Positions 44,750-53,382 of a DNA stretch of 64,000 nucleotides are shown here, one piece after another. Under the pieces are notes generated by a model, which saw nothing but the letters and a program-made list of their open reading frames with translations, was not told the origin of the DNA and ran no database searches. Origin of the DNA: Burkholderiaceae bacterium. Lineage in GTDB: Bacteria > Pseudomonadota > Gammaproteobacteria > Burkholderiales > Burkholderiaceae_C. The stretch covers positions 80 through 64,079 of the forward strand of contig SCRU01000078.1 in the NCBI GenBank assembly GCA_004323695.1, in the 5' to 3' direction. Position 1 is the stretch's first letter; each line of letters opens with the position of its first letter. The translations under genes were made by a program, and so were the position numbers.

Positions 44750-47700
44750 TCAATCCAGCTTCGAGTTGAGTTCCGCCTCGCGGGCGGTGTGCTGGACGCG
44801 GTCCATCCAGTCCACTGTTTTCATCTTGCGCACCACGACGAAACCGTCCCGGTCATTTCCGACCGGGCCGTAGTAGTTGAAGTTCCAGGAGAGTTGCGCG
44901 CACCCGCCGATCATCTGGGTCGGTTTGACCAGGATGCGCGTGACCGAGTTGTGGATGCCGCCGCGCATGCCGGTGATTTCCGACCCCGGCACGTTCACGA
45001 TCTTCTCCTGTGCGTGGTACATCATGCACATGCCTTCGTTGACCCGCTGGCTGACGACCGCGCGCGCGGTGAGCGAGCCGTTGGTGTTGAAGCATTCGAT
45101 CCAGTCGTTGTCCGCGATGCCAACTTTCTTCGCATCCACTTCCGAAATCCACACAATCGGACCACCACGCGAGAGCGTGAGCATGATGAGGTTGTCGGTG
45201 TAGGTACTGTGGATGCCCCACTTCTGGTGCGGGGTGATGAAATTCAGCGCGATCTCGGGATGGCCGTTGCTGTGCTTGCCCATCACGCCCTGAACGGTGC
45301 GGGTATCCAGCGGCGGCCGGTACAAGGCAAAGGCCTCGCCGTAGTCGCGGATCCACGGATGGTCGAGATAGAAGTGCTGGCGGCCGGACAGGGTATGCCA
45401 CGGCACCAGCTCGTGCACGTGGATGTAGTGGCCGCTGTAGCTGACTTCTTCGTCCATCACCCCCGACCAGGTAGGCGCGGTGATGGCCTTCCTCGGTTGC
45501 GCCTGCAAGTCGCGGAAGCGGAATTTTTCGCGTTCGCGGTCGGCTGCCAGGTGCCGATGGCTGCGGCCCGTATGGTGCGACAGCGCCTCGAAGCCGCGCA
45601 CGGATACTTCGCCATTGGTGACCGGGTCGAGCATCAGAATGGTTTCGCAGGCGTCGATGTCGCTGTCGATGCGCGGTCGCCCCTTCGCCGGCCCCGACTC
45701 CACGGTCTTGTTGAGCCTGGCCAGTTCCTCCACCTCCTGTTTGGCGTCCCAGTGCAGGCCGTGGCTGCCGCTGCCGAGGCTGTCGAGCAGGGGCCCGAGC
45801 GCCGTGAAGCGATCAAAGGTGGCGGGGTAGTCACGCTCGACCAGCACGACGTTGGGCCCGGTGACGCCGGGTTCCAGCTTGCATTGCCCCTTTTTCCAGT
45901 CCGCCACCTCGAAAGGCTGCGCCATTTCTCCCGGGGTGTCGTGCAGGATCGGAGTCAGCACGACGTCCTTCTCCTTACCGAGCCGGCCTTCACAGAGCTG
46001 GGAAAACCTTTTGGCGAGTGCCTTGTAGATTTCCCAGTCACTGCGGGATTCGAACACCGGATCCACCGCCGCCGTGAACGGGTGGATGAAGGGGTGCATG
46101 TCGGTGCTGGAGATATCCTGCTTTTCGTACCAGGAGGCCGTGGGCAGCACCACGTCGGAATACAGGGCCGTGGTGGACATGCGAAAGTCCAGCGTGACCA
46201 CCAAATCCAGTTTTCCCTCCGGCGCCGGGTCCTGCCAGCGGACCTCCTCGGGCTTTCTGCCGCCCTGCTCGCCCAGGTCCTTGCCTTGCAGTCCGCAGCG
46301 CGTGCCGAGGAAGTGCTTGAGAAAATACTCGTGGCCCTTGCCCGACGAGCCCAGCAGATTGGAGCGCCACACAAAAAGGTTGCGCGGGTAGTTCGCCGGG
46401 TTGTCGGGATCCTCGCAGGCCATCGCCAGGCGGCCCGATTGCAGGCCATCCACGACGTATTGGACCGGGTCGGCGCCGGCTGCCGTGGCTTCGCGCGCCA
46501 CATCCAGCGGATTTCGGTTCAGTTGCGGTGCCGAAGGCAGCCAGCCCATGCGCTGCGCACGCACGCTGCAATCGACCATGGAGCCGCTCTGCCGGCTGCG
46601 GTCGGCCAATGGCGAGAGCAGGTCGTCCATTCCCACCGTCTCATAGCGCCACTGGTCCGAATGCAGATAGAAATAATCGGTTCCGGCCATGCGCCGCGGC
46701 GGGCGGGTCCAGTCCAGCGCAAATGCCAGCGTGGCCCAGCCCACTTCGGGCCGCACGGCCTCCTGGCCGGTGTAGTGCGCCCAGCCGCCACCCGACTGGC
46801 CGACCGTGCCGCACAATATCAGCATGTTGATGATGGCGCGGTAGCTCACGTCCTGGTGGAACCAGTGGTTCATGCCCGAGCCGATGATCACCATCGAGCG
46901 GCCCCGGGTCTTCTCGGCGTTGCCGGCAAAGCCGCGTGCAACGCCGATTACCTGGTGCGCCGGCGTGCCGGTGATTTTCTCCTGCCAGGCCGGTGTATAG
47001 GGAACGTTGTCCTCGTAGCTTTTGGCGCAGGTGCCGCCGAGGCCACGGTCCACGCCGTAGTGGGCGCACAGCAGGTCGAACACGGTCGCCACCACGACTT
47101 CGCCGCGCCTTGTGGCCAGCTTGCGCGCCGGCGCCTTGCGCAGCAGTACCTCGTCCTGCGGATTGGCGGTGTAGTGCTCGTTCGCCACGCCACCAAAGTA
47201 GGGGAAGGCCACGTCCAGCACCTCGTCGCTGCAGTCGATGGTGGTCAGCTTCAAGGCCATGTCGCTGCCGTCCACGGCTTTGTCCTCGAGGTTCCACTTG
47301 CCATGGTCCGTGCTGCCAGCGGCGGCCCAATGAAAGCCGATCGAGCCGCGCGGCGCGGCTGGACGCCCTGATTCGTCCAGCCCCACGGTCTTCCAGTCCG
47401 CATGTTCCGGCGTCCCCAGGGCGCCCTCGAAGTCGCTGGCCCGCAGGTAGCGGTCGGGGATCCAGCGATCCCCGTCGCGGCGCAGCGTCACCAGCATCGG
47501 CAGATCGGTGTAGCGGCGGCAATAGTCCTGGAAGTAATCGACCTGACGATCGATGAAAAACTCGCGCAGGATCACATGCACCATCGCCATCGCCATGGCG
47601 CCGTCCGTGCCTTGCTTGGGGTGCAGCCAGATGTCGGATAGTTTGGACACCTCGGAATAATCAGGGCTCACCGCCACGATTTGTGTGCCGTTGTAGCGTG

Positions 47701-48505
47701 CTTCCACGAAGAAATGCGCGTCCGGCGTGCGTGTCTGCGGAACGTTCGAGCCCCATGCGATCAGGTAGCCGGAGTTGTACCAATCCGCCGATTCCGGCAC
47801 GTCGGTCTGGTCGCCCCAGGTCTGCGGGCTGGCCGCGGGCAAGTCGCAGTACCAGTCGTAGAACGACAGCATGGTGCCGCCGATCAGGCTCACGTAGCGC
47901 GCCCCCGACGCATAGGACACCATCGACATGGCCGGAATCGGCGTGAACCCGGCGATGCGGTCCGGGCCGTACTGCTCGATGGTGTGCACGTTGGCGGCGG
48001 CCACCATGTCCAGCGCCTCGTCCCATTTCACGCGCACAAAGCCGCCGAGGCCGCGCACGGCCTTGTAGTCCCTTCCGTCCGGCTGCTGCATCAGTGCGGC
48101 CCAGGCCTGCACCGGTGGCAGCGTCTCGCGCAACTCGCGCCAGCGCTTGAGCAGGCGGCCCCGCACCATCGGGTACTTCAGGCGATTGGCGCTATACAGG
48201 TACCAGGAATACGAGGCGCCACGCGAGCAACCGCGCGGCTCGTGGTTCGGCATGTCCGGGCGCGTGCGCGGGTAGTCGGTCTGCTGGGTTTCCCAGGTGA
48301 CCACGCCCTGCTTTACATGGATTTTCCAGCTGCACGAGCCGGTGCAGTTCACGCCGTGGGTGGAACGCACGACCTTGTCGTGCGCCCACCGGTTGCGGTA
48401 ACCGTCCTCCCACTGGCGCGCTTCGGTACGCGCTTCGCCCCAGCCTTGTGAAAAGGGCTCGCGCGGGTTCGAGAAGTAGCGCAGGCGTTCCAGGAACTGT
48501 CCCAT
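44750..48505 (-). CDS. narG: respiratory nitrate reductase alpha subunit
   Basis: MGQFLERLRYFSNPREPFS...STHGVNCTGSCSWKIHVKQG, 1251 aa. GGAGG lies 9 nt upstream of the ATG at 48505. The 33 upstream codons of the track ORF were rejected. Confidence 0.95.
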   Translation of the reverse strand: MGQFLERLRYFSNPREPFSQGWGEARTEARQWEDGYRNRWAHDKVVRSTHGVNCTGSCSWKIHVKQGVVTWETQQTDYPRTRPDMPNHEPRGCSRGASYSWYLYSANRLKYPMVRGRLLKRWRELRETLPPVQAWAALMQQPDGRDYKAVRGLGGFVRVKWDEALDMVAAANVHTIEQYGPDRIAGFTPIPAMSMVSYASGARYVSLIGGTMLSFYDWYCDLPAASPQTWGDQTDVPESADWYNSGYLIAWGSNVPQTRTPDAHFFVEARYNGTQIVAVSPDYSEVSKLSDIWLHPKQGTDGAMAMAMVHVILREFFIDRQVDYFQDYCRRYTDLPMLVTLRRDGDRWIPDRYLRASDFEGALGTPEHADWKTVGLDESGRPAAPRGSIGFHWAAAGSTDHGKWNLEDKAVDGSDMALKLTTIDCSDEVLDVAFPYFGGVANEHYTANPQDEVLLRKAPARKLATRRGEVVVATVFDLLCAHYGVDRGLGGTCAKSYEDNVPYTPAWQEKITGTPAHQVIGVARGFAGNAEKTRGRSMVIIGSGMNHWFHQDVSYRAIINMLILCGTVGQSGGGWAHYTGQEAVRPEVGWATLAFALDWTRPPRRMAGTDYFYLHSDQWRYETVGMDDLLSPLADRSRQSGSMVDCSVRAQRMGWLPSAPQLNRNPLDVAREATAAGADPVQYVVDGLQSGRLAMACEDPDNPANYPRNLFVWRSNLLGSSGKGHEYFLKHFLGTRCGLQGKDLGEQGGRKPEEVRWQDPAPEGKLDLVVTLDFRMSTTALYSDVVLPTASWYEKQDISSTDMHPFIHPFTAAVDPVFESRSDWEIYKALAKRFSQLCEGRLGKEKDVVLTPILHDTPGEMAQPFEVADWKKGQCKLEPGVTGPNVVLVERDYPATFDRFTALGPLLDSLGSGSHGLHWDAKQEVEELARLNKTVESGPAKGRPRIDSDIDACETILMLDPVTNGEVSVRGFEALSHHTGRSHRHLAADREREKFRFRDLQAQPRKAITAPTWSGVMDEEVSYSGHYIHVHELVPWHTLSGRQHFYLDHPWIRDYGEAFALYRPPLDTRTVQGVMGKHSNGHPEIALNFITPHQKWGIHSTYTDNLIMLTLSRGGPIVWISEVDAKKVGIADNDWIECFNTNGSLTARAVVSQRVNEGMCMMYHAQEKIVNVPGSEITGMRGGIHNSVTRILVKPTQMIGGCAQLSWNFNYYGPVGNDRDGFVVVRKMKTVDWMDRVQHTAREAELNSKLD

Positions 48506-48710
48506 GGTGTCTGATCCTCCGTTCGGCACGTTGTCGATCGCGAGGGCGGGTTGCGGCGCCTGCCGGCCCGCGAGTCGCTCTCGCCGGCTCCCGATGAAAG
48601 GCATCGGGAGTCGTGATGCGTCACCGTAGCACGCAAAGGCGCGGTCATGACGCGGGCGAGGTGTTCAGCGGACTGAATTTGGGCCCTTTGCGGGCCGTAT
48701 TGACGTTGGT

Positions 48711-48724
48711 TTGATCCAGGTCAA
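48711..48724 (-). promoter_or_regulatory. FNR/Dnr-type (CRP-family) binding site upstream of narG
   Basis: TTGATCCAGGTCAA matches TTGAT-N4-ATCAA at 9 of 10 positions. It is centred about 212 bp upstream of the narG ATG in the only intergenic space before the operon. Confidence 0.55.
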
Positions 48725-48768
48725 TGTTTGGTGGCCGGGGCGGTTGCCTGCGCAGCGCCCGGTTCCGC

Positions 48769-49350
48769 TTAATCGGAGAGAACCTGGGCCACCCGATCGC
48801 GCAGCGCCGGCAGCACCTCGGCCTCGAACCACGGGTTGCGGCGCAGCCAGAGGTTGTTTCTGGGGCTGGGATGCGGCAGCGGCAGAATCAGCGGCCACCG
48901 GTCGCGCCACGACCTGACCGCCTCGGTGAGCGAGGGGTGCCGCGCGCCCAGGTGCCAGGCCATGGCGTACTGTCCGATCACCAGCGTCAATTGCAGATGG
49001 CGCAGGTGGCCGAGCAGCGGCTTGCGCCACGTGGGCGCGCATTCCGGCCGGGGTGGCAGGTCGCCGGATTTGCCGGTGCCGGGAAAGCACAGGCCCATCG
49101 GCACGATGGCGACCTGCCGGGGGTCGTAGAACGCCTCGCGCGAAATGCCCATCCACTCGCGCAAACGGTTTCCGCTGGCGTCGTCAAACGGGATGCCCGA
49201 TGCATGCACCTTGCGCCCCGGTGCCTGGCTCGCGATCAGGATGCGGGCCTGCAGGTGCAGCTGAAGTACCGGGCGCGGGCCGAGCGGCAGATGCGGGGCG
49301 CACAACGTGCAGGCACGCACCTGTCCGAGCAGGGCTTTATAGGTGGTCAT
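48769..49350 (-). CDS. uracil-DNA glycosylase superfamily protein
   Basis: CTLCAPHLPLGPRPVLQ...ILIASQAPGRKVH...PSPRNN is a UDG family 4/5-like pattern. Confidence 0.7.
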   Translation of the reverse strand: MTTYKALLGQVRACTLCAPHLPLGPRPVLQLHLQARILIASQAPGRKVHASGIPFDDASGNRLREWMGISREAFYDPRQVAIVPMGLCFPGTGKSGDLPPRPECAPTWRKPLLGHLRHLQLTLVIGQYAMAWHLGARHPSLTEAVRSWRDRWPLILPLPHPSPRNNLWLRRNPWFEAEVLPALRDRVAQVLSD

Positions 49351-49452
49351 GGAGGGGGCATGCGGACGGTCTGGCGGGGCCGAGGCGTCGGCGCGGCGTC
49401 GAATTCAAGAGAAAAGTGCCGTTTGCCCTTATCAGATATGCATATATAGCTA

Positions 49453-50289
49453 TCAAAACGATAATTGCTCCACCACGCCCTCGCATGGCAGCCAGCGCCG
49501 GGCGGCGGCCTGCAAGGCTGCCGGGCTGCCTGTGCAGTACAGCAGGATACGGCCGCCGCCTGCTTTCGTCCGAGCCGGCGCGGCGTTGCCCGTGGTCTGC
49601 AGCAGATGCCGGGTCTGGCGTGCCACGGGCTCGCCGGTGGAGACGAATTGAACCTGCGGACCGAGCAATTCGCGCAGCTGGGGTTCGACAAACGGATAGT
49701 GGGTACAACCGAGCACCAGTGTGTCGATCTCGCCACCTTTCGTGCCGAATGTGCCCATCGCCCTTGTGTGGCCGTCGCATATCGCTAGCAATTCAGTAGT
49801 GTCCGACACGTTCTCCCGTGCCTGCATGCTGTGCTCGATGGCGTCGGCCAGCCCGTCGCAGGGCTGGCAGATGAACTCGGCCTGGCTGGACAGCGGGCGC
49901 AGCAGTGCCTCGAACTTGGCGCTCGCGAGCGTGCTGCGCGTGGCCATCACGCCGATGCGCCGCGTTTTGCTCAGCGCGAGCGCGGGCTTGAGCGCGGGCT
50001 CCACGCCGACGATGGGCAGGTCGGGGTGTTCCGCGCGCAGCAGGTGGATGGCGGCCGCGGTGGCCGTGTTGCAGGCGACGACCAGGGCCTCGATGCGGTG
50101 CGCCGCGCGCAGATGCTGCACGATGGCGCGCGAGCGCGCGATCACGTACGCCTCGCTGCGTTCACCGTAGGGTGCATGGCCGCTGTCGGCAACGTAGACG
50201 AAGTCCTGCCGCGGCAGCGCGGCGCGCAGCGCCTGCAGGATGCTCAGGCCGCCAATGCCGCTGTCGAAGACACCGATTGCCAATGACAC
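49453..50289 (-). CDS. murI: glutamate racemase
   Basis: IGVFDSGIGGLSIL...YVADSGHAPYG...ACNTA...LGCTHYP. It uses a GTG start. Confidence 0.9.
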   Translation of the reverse strand: MSLAIGVFDSGIGGLSILQALRAALPRQDFVYVADSGHAPYGERSEAYVIARSRAIVQHLRAAHRIEALVVACNTATAAAIHLLRAEHPDLPIVGVEPALKPALALSKTRRIGVMATRSTLASAKFEALLRPLSSQAEFICQPCDGLADAIEHSMQARENVSDTTELLAICDGHTRAMGTFGTKGGEIDTLVLGCTHYPFVEPQLRELLGPQVQFVSTGEPVARQTRHLLQTTGNAAPARTKAGGGRILLYCTGSPAALQAAARRWLPCEGVVEQLSF

Positions 50290-50291
50290 GG

Positions 50292-50681
50292 TCAGCGTTC
50301 AGCGCCGGCGCGCGCGATCAGCTCGACACAATCGGAAGCGCAGCCGCCGGCCTTCGGTTGCGCCGACGGCGCGGGCCGGTGCAGCACCGCGCGGGTCGGC
50401 GTGATCCGCAGCAGCTCGCCGCTCACGGCCGCGGTGCCGTCGACGATCAGCGAGTAGTCCGATTCGGACTGCGGCGGCCACACCAGGCCGACTGCGCTCT
50501 GCCGCTGCGCGTTCTCGCGCGTGCGCCGGCCGGTGTTGCTGACGGCCAGTTCGCCGCCCTGCAGCACGGGGACAACTGCCACGACATGCGGCGCGCCGTG
50601 CTCGCTCGCGGTCATCAGGTAGGCGAAACGGTAACGCGCGATCGCGTCCGCGAGCTTGGGCAACTCAACTGGAATGCTCAT
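50292..50681 (-). CDS. pyridoxamine 5'-phosphate oxidase-like (FMN-binding split barrel) family protein
   Basis: 129 aa. FAYLMTASEHGAPHVVAV...GLVWPP...SLIVDGTA resembles PNPOx-like small proteins. From memory only. Confidence 0.5.
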   Translation of the reverse strand: MSIPVELPKLADAIARYRFAYLMTASEHGAPHVVAVVPVLQGGELAVSNTGRRTRENAQRQSAVGLVWPPQSESDYSLIVDGTAAVSGELLRITPTRAVLHRPAPSAQPKAGGCASDCVELIARAGAER

Positions 50682-50696
50682 GGCCGCGCCCCCCGA

Positions 50697-51077
50697 TCAG
50701 TTGCTGGTCGGCTTGCCGGCCGCCTGCCAGGCCTTGAAGCCGCCATCCAGATGCGCCACGTTCTTGTAGCCGAGGGCGCGCAGGGTTTGCACCGCGAGCG
50801 CCGAACGGCCCCCCGACGCGCAGTGCAGGATGACGCGCGCGTCCGGATCGAGCTCGGCCTTGTGGTACGGGCTGCTCGGGTCCGCATAGAACTCGAGCAT
50901 GCCGCGCGAGGCGTGGACCGCGCCAGGAATGGTGCCGCCGGCCCGCTCGGGCGCGTCGCGCACATCCACCAGCGTGACCTTGCCGGTGGCCAGCTCTGCC
51001 TGCACCTGGTCCGGCGTCAGGTTGTCGATGCCGGCCTTGGCCTCCTGGACGAGTTGGGCGGCAGTCTTGTGGCTCAT
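50697..51077 (-). CDS. rhodanese-like sulfurtransferase domain protein
   Basis: Active-site loop HCASGGRS and VDVRDAPE...IPGAVH. The start was set at MSHKTAAQ (ATG 51077). Confidence 0.8.
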   Translation of the reverse strand: MSHKTAAQLVQEAKAGIDNLTPDQVQAELATGKVTLVDVRDAPERAGGTIPGAVHASRGMLEFYADPSSPYHKAELDPDARVILHCASGGRSALAVQTLRALGYKNVAHLDGGFKAWQAAGKPTSN

Positions 51078-51367
51078 GTGGCATCTCCTGGCAAGTGGTA
51101 AAGGTTCGATGATTGCCCGCCCATTGTCGGGTAACCGGCGCCCCGGTGCAGGACTCGGGCCGCGAAAACCCCGCGCTGCACAGTACGACTGCGCCCGGTT
51201 GTGATACAGGAACACCCTGCCGCAGCGTCGTTCGCAGAGAAGGGCGCCGCTGAGCGCGTATCGGCCGGGGCGGAGCAGGTGCCTGCGCTTCGTTCGGCCG
51301 CCGATTGGCCGGCGAGGGTGATCGCATAGGAGATGAAGCGCAGCTGCGCCTCGGCTATCGGCGCACA

Positions 51368-51718
51368 CTAGAAGACCATGACATGATCGACCAAGTACTT
51401 GCCGTTACGCTGCACCAAGACCAGCTCAGCAACGAACTCGCCAGGCACTTTGGTGAACCATTGCCGCCACACAACCGCCACCGACTCCGGACGCCGAAAG
51501 GTTGCTACGAACTCACGGTTGGCAAAGAAGCCTTTGGCGCGTTGGTACTCCGAGCAGATTGACTGAAACGATTCTCTTGGCAAAACGCCTTTCGCTCGCT
51601 CGGTGAAATCACGAATGTGGCATTCGTAGTCGATGGCCGTGGATGCCTCCATGAGATTGTCCATGATTGGATCAACGACAGCGAGAATGTCTTGATCCGC
51701 TTTCCCCGCCAGTTCCAT
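51368..51718 (-). CDS. hypothetical protein (lower-GC orphan next to the IS element)
   Basis: 116-aa ORF with balanced composition and GC visibly below its neighbours. No family was recognised. Confidence 0.5.
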   Translation of the reverse strand: MELAGKADQDILAVVDPIMDNLMEASTAIDYECHIRDFTERAKGVLPRESFQSICSEYQRAKGFFANREFVATFRRPESVAVVWRQWFTKVPGEFVAELVLVQRNGKYLVDHVMVF

Positions 51719-51739
51719 GACGTTCCCTTGGGTCGCTAA

Positions 51740-53335
51740 CGCCTAAGTTAAGCCGAATTGAAACGCGTAGCTGACCACATGGCAAGCTGTACCTGTCATG
51801 TTGCCAGCGTAGCGATGCAATTTCGGCTTGAATGATGGGATGGACTCCTCCCGTTTCTTTGCGTCAAATGGCGCACTGGTCTTCATTGGCGTGGCGATCA
51901 GGTCTACAAACGAAAGGAGTCCGAGATGAATGCTACTACCGTTGCCGTCGATCTTGCAAAGTCCGTCTTCCAGCTCGCTGTGGCCGATGAGCACTGGCGC
52001 GTGGTCGAAATCCAGCGCCTGACGCGCACCCAGTTCGAGCGCTGGTTTGTCAACCGCGATGTCTCCCTGGTCATCATGGAAGCCTGCGGCTCGGCCCACC
52101 ATTGGGCACGCTGGCTGGGCAGCCTGGGCATCGAAGTGAAGCTGCTGCCGGCCCAGTACATCCGGGCCTACGTCAAACGCAACAAGACCGATGCCGCCGA
52201 TGCAGCAGCTTTGCTGGAGGCCGCTCGGGCCTCTGATATTCGCCCGGTGCGCGTCAAGTCGGTGGAGCAACAAGCCTTACAGGGTTTGCACCGAATCCGC
52301 TCCCTGTGGATGGGCACACGCACCAGCCGCATCAATGCCCTGCGCGGGTTCTGCCGCGAGTTCGGTATTGCCATCCCGGTGGGGGCCCGCACCGGCATTG
52401 AAGCCATCAGCCGGGTGCTGGCTGACCCGGCCACCGCCGTGCCCGATCTGATCCGGGGCACGGCCAGGCTGCTGGTGGAAGAAATCCGCCTGCTCGAAGC
52501 GCGCATTGCCCAACTGGAGCGTGAACTGGCCCAAGTGGCCAAACTCAGCCCGGCTTGCACCACGCTGCTGTCGATTCCGGGCATTGGTCTGTTGACAGCG
52601 ACCGCCCTGGTGGCGGCCACGTCCGGCGACGTGAGCCACTTCAAGGATGCACGGCACTTCTCGAGCTGGTTCGGGCTGACGCCCAAGGAGTACAGCTCGG
52701 GCAACTCGCGCTATCTGGGGCGCATCTCCAAGCGCGGCGATCGCTACCTGCGCATGCTGCTCACGCACGGCGCCCGTAGCGTGCTGCGCTCGGCAGCGGT
52801 GGCCGCCAACGCTGGGCGTGAGGTCTGTGGCATTCGCCACTGGGCACTACAGGTGCAAAGCCGAACCAATCACAACAAGGCGGCCTGTGCGCTGGCAAAC
52901 AAGCTGGCGCGCATTTGCTATGCCACGCTGCGCGACAAGGAGCGGTTTGGCGAAGATGCGCGGCCGCACAAGAAGATGAACCGGGAGAGCTTTGTGATGC
53001 CCTGAACAGCGCGACATCCAAAACAGCCGTCACCAGCAAACGAGCACCAGTTTCAACCCATCACGCGTTGCGACGAGATTGATCGACCACCATGGCCAAC
53101 CGGGTTCACCTCACACCGACAGACGCCGATAACTCTTCCGGCAGCTTGCCTGCCGCTTGTAACGATTGGCGCACCGGTGACGCAGATTCCATGTCGGCAC
53201 GGACCACAACAGAGTCCACATCAGATGCCGGATATACGACTGCAGGCGCGTCCCAAAAAACCAAAACTATCGATCAGTTTCTTGCCGTTGAGGGGGAGTC
53301 CATATACGATGTTTAGCCAAACCTGAAATTTTGCG
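51740..53335 (+). mobile_element. IS110-family insertion sequence (ends approximate)
   Basis: It contains the IS110-type transposase plus about 185 bp of 5' and 330 bp of 3' non-coding DNA. GC is lower than the flanks. Similar 17-18-mers near both presumed ends (51747-51763 and 53311-53328). No terminal inverted repeats, as is typical for this family. Confidence 0.5.
51926..53005 (+). CDS. IS110-family transposase/recombinase (DEDD RuvC-like N-domain plus C-terminal Tnp domain)
   Basis: VAVDLAKSVFQ...VIMEACGSAHHWAR...VKRNKTDAADAAAL (DEDD residues) and LLSIPGIGLLTATALVA...FGLTPKEYSSGNS...RISKRGDRYLR. AAGGAG RBS. Confidence 0.9.
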   Translation: MNATTVAVDLAKSVFQLAVADEHWRVVEIQRLTRTQFERWFVNRDVSLVIMEACGSAHHWARWLGSLGIEVKLLPAQYIRAYVKRNKTDAADAAALLEAARASDIRPVRVKSVEQQALQGLHRIRSLWMGTRTSRINALRGFCREFGIAIPVGARTGIEAISRVLADPATAVPDLIRGTARLLVEEIRLLEARIAQLERELAQVAKLSPACTTLLSIPGIGLLTATALVAATSGDVSHFKDARHFSSWFGLTPKEYSSGNSRYLGRISKRGDRYLRMLLTHGARSVLRSAAVAANAGREVCGIRHWALQVQSRTNHNKAACALANKLARICYATLRDKERFGEDARPHKKMNRESFVMP

Positions 53336-53382
53336 GATGGCCACAGACGCCACCAGCGCACTGAACGCCGCCGCTGGCACGC

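Noticed and set aside
44591-47371. 926-aa plus-strand ORF antisense to narG. Similar long antisense ORFs lie opposite acs (56678..58357), nrdJ (37450..39060), ilvD (59578..61221), lon (32544..34103), fumA (53458..54999), fumC (55036..56304), the sigma-54 activator (15864..17615) and the MFS gene (14299..15663).
   Set aside because: In every case the opposite strand encodes a protein with textbook motifs. The antisense products are low-complexity Arg/Ala/Gly/His-rich with no recognisable domain.
53092-53316. 74-aa ORF in the 3' flank of the IS110 element
   Set aside because: It has no RBS, no recognisable family and a serine/threonine/aspartate-rich low-complexity product. The region is more plausibly non-coding IS end (possible guide RNA).
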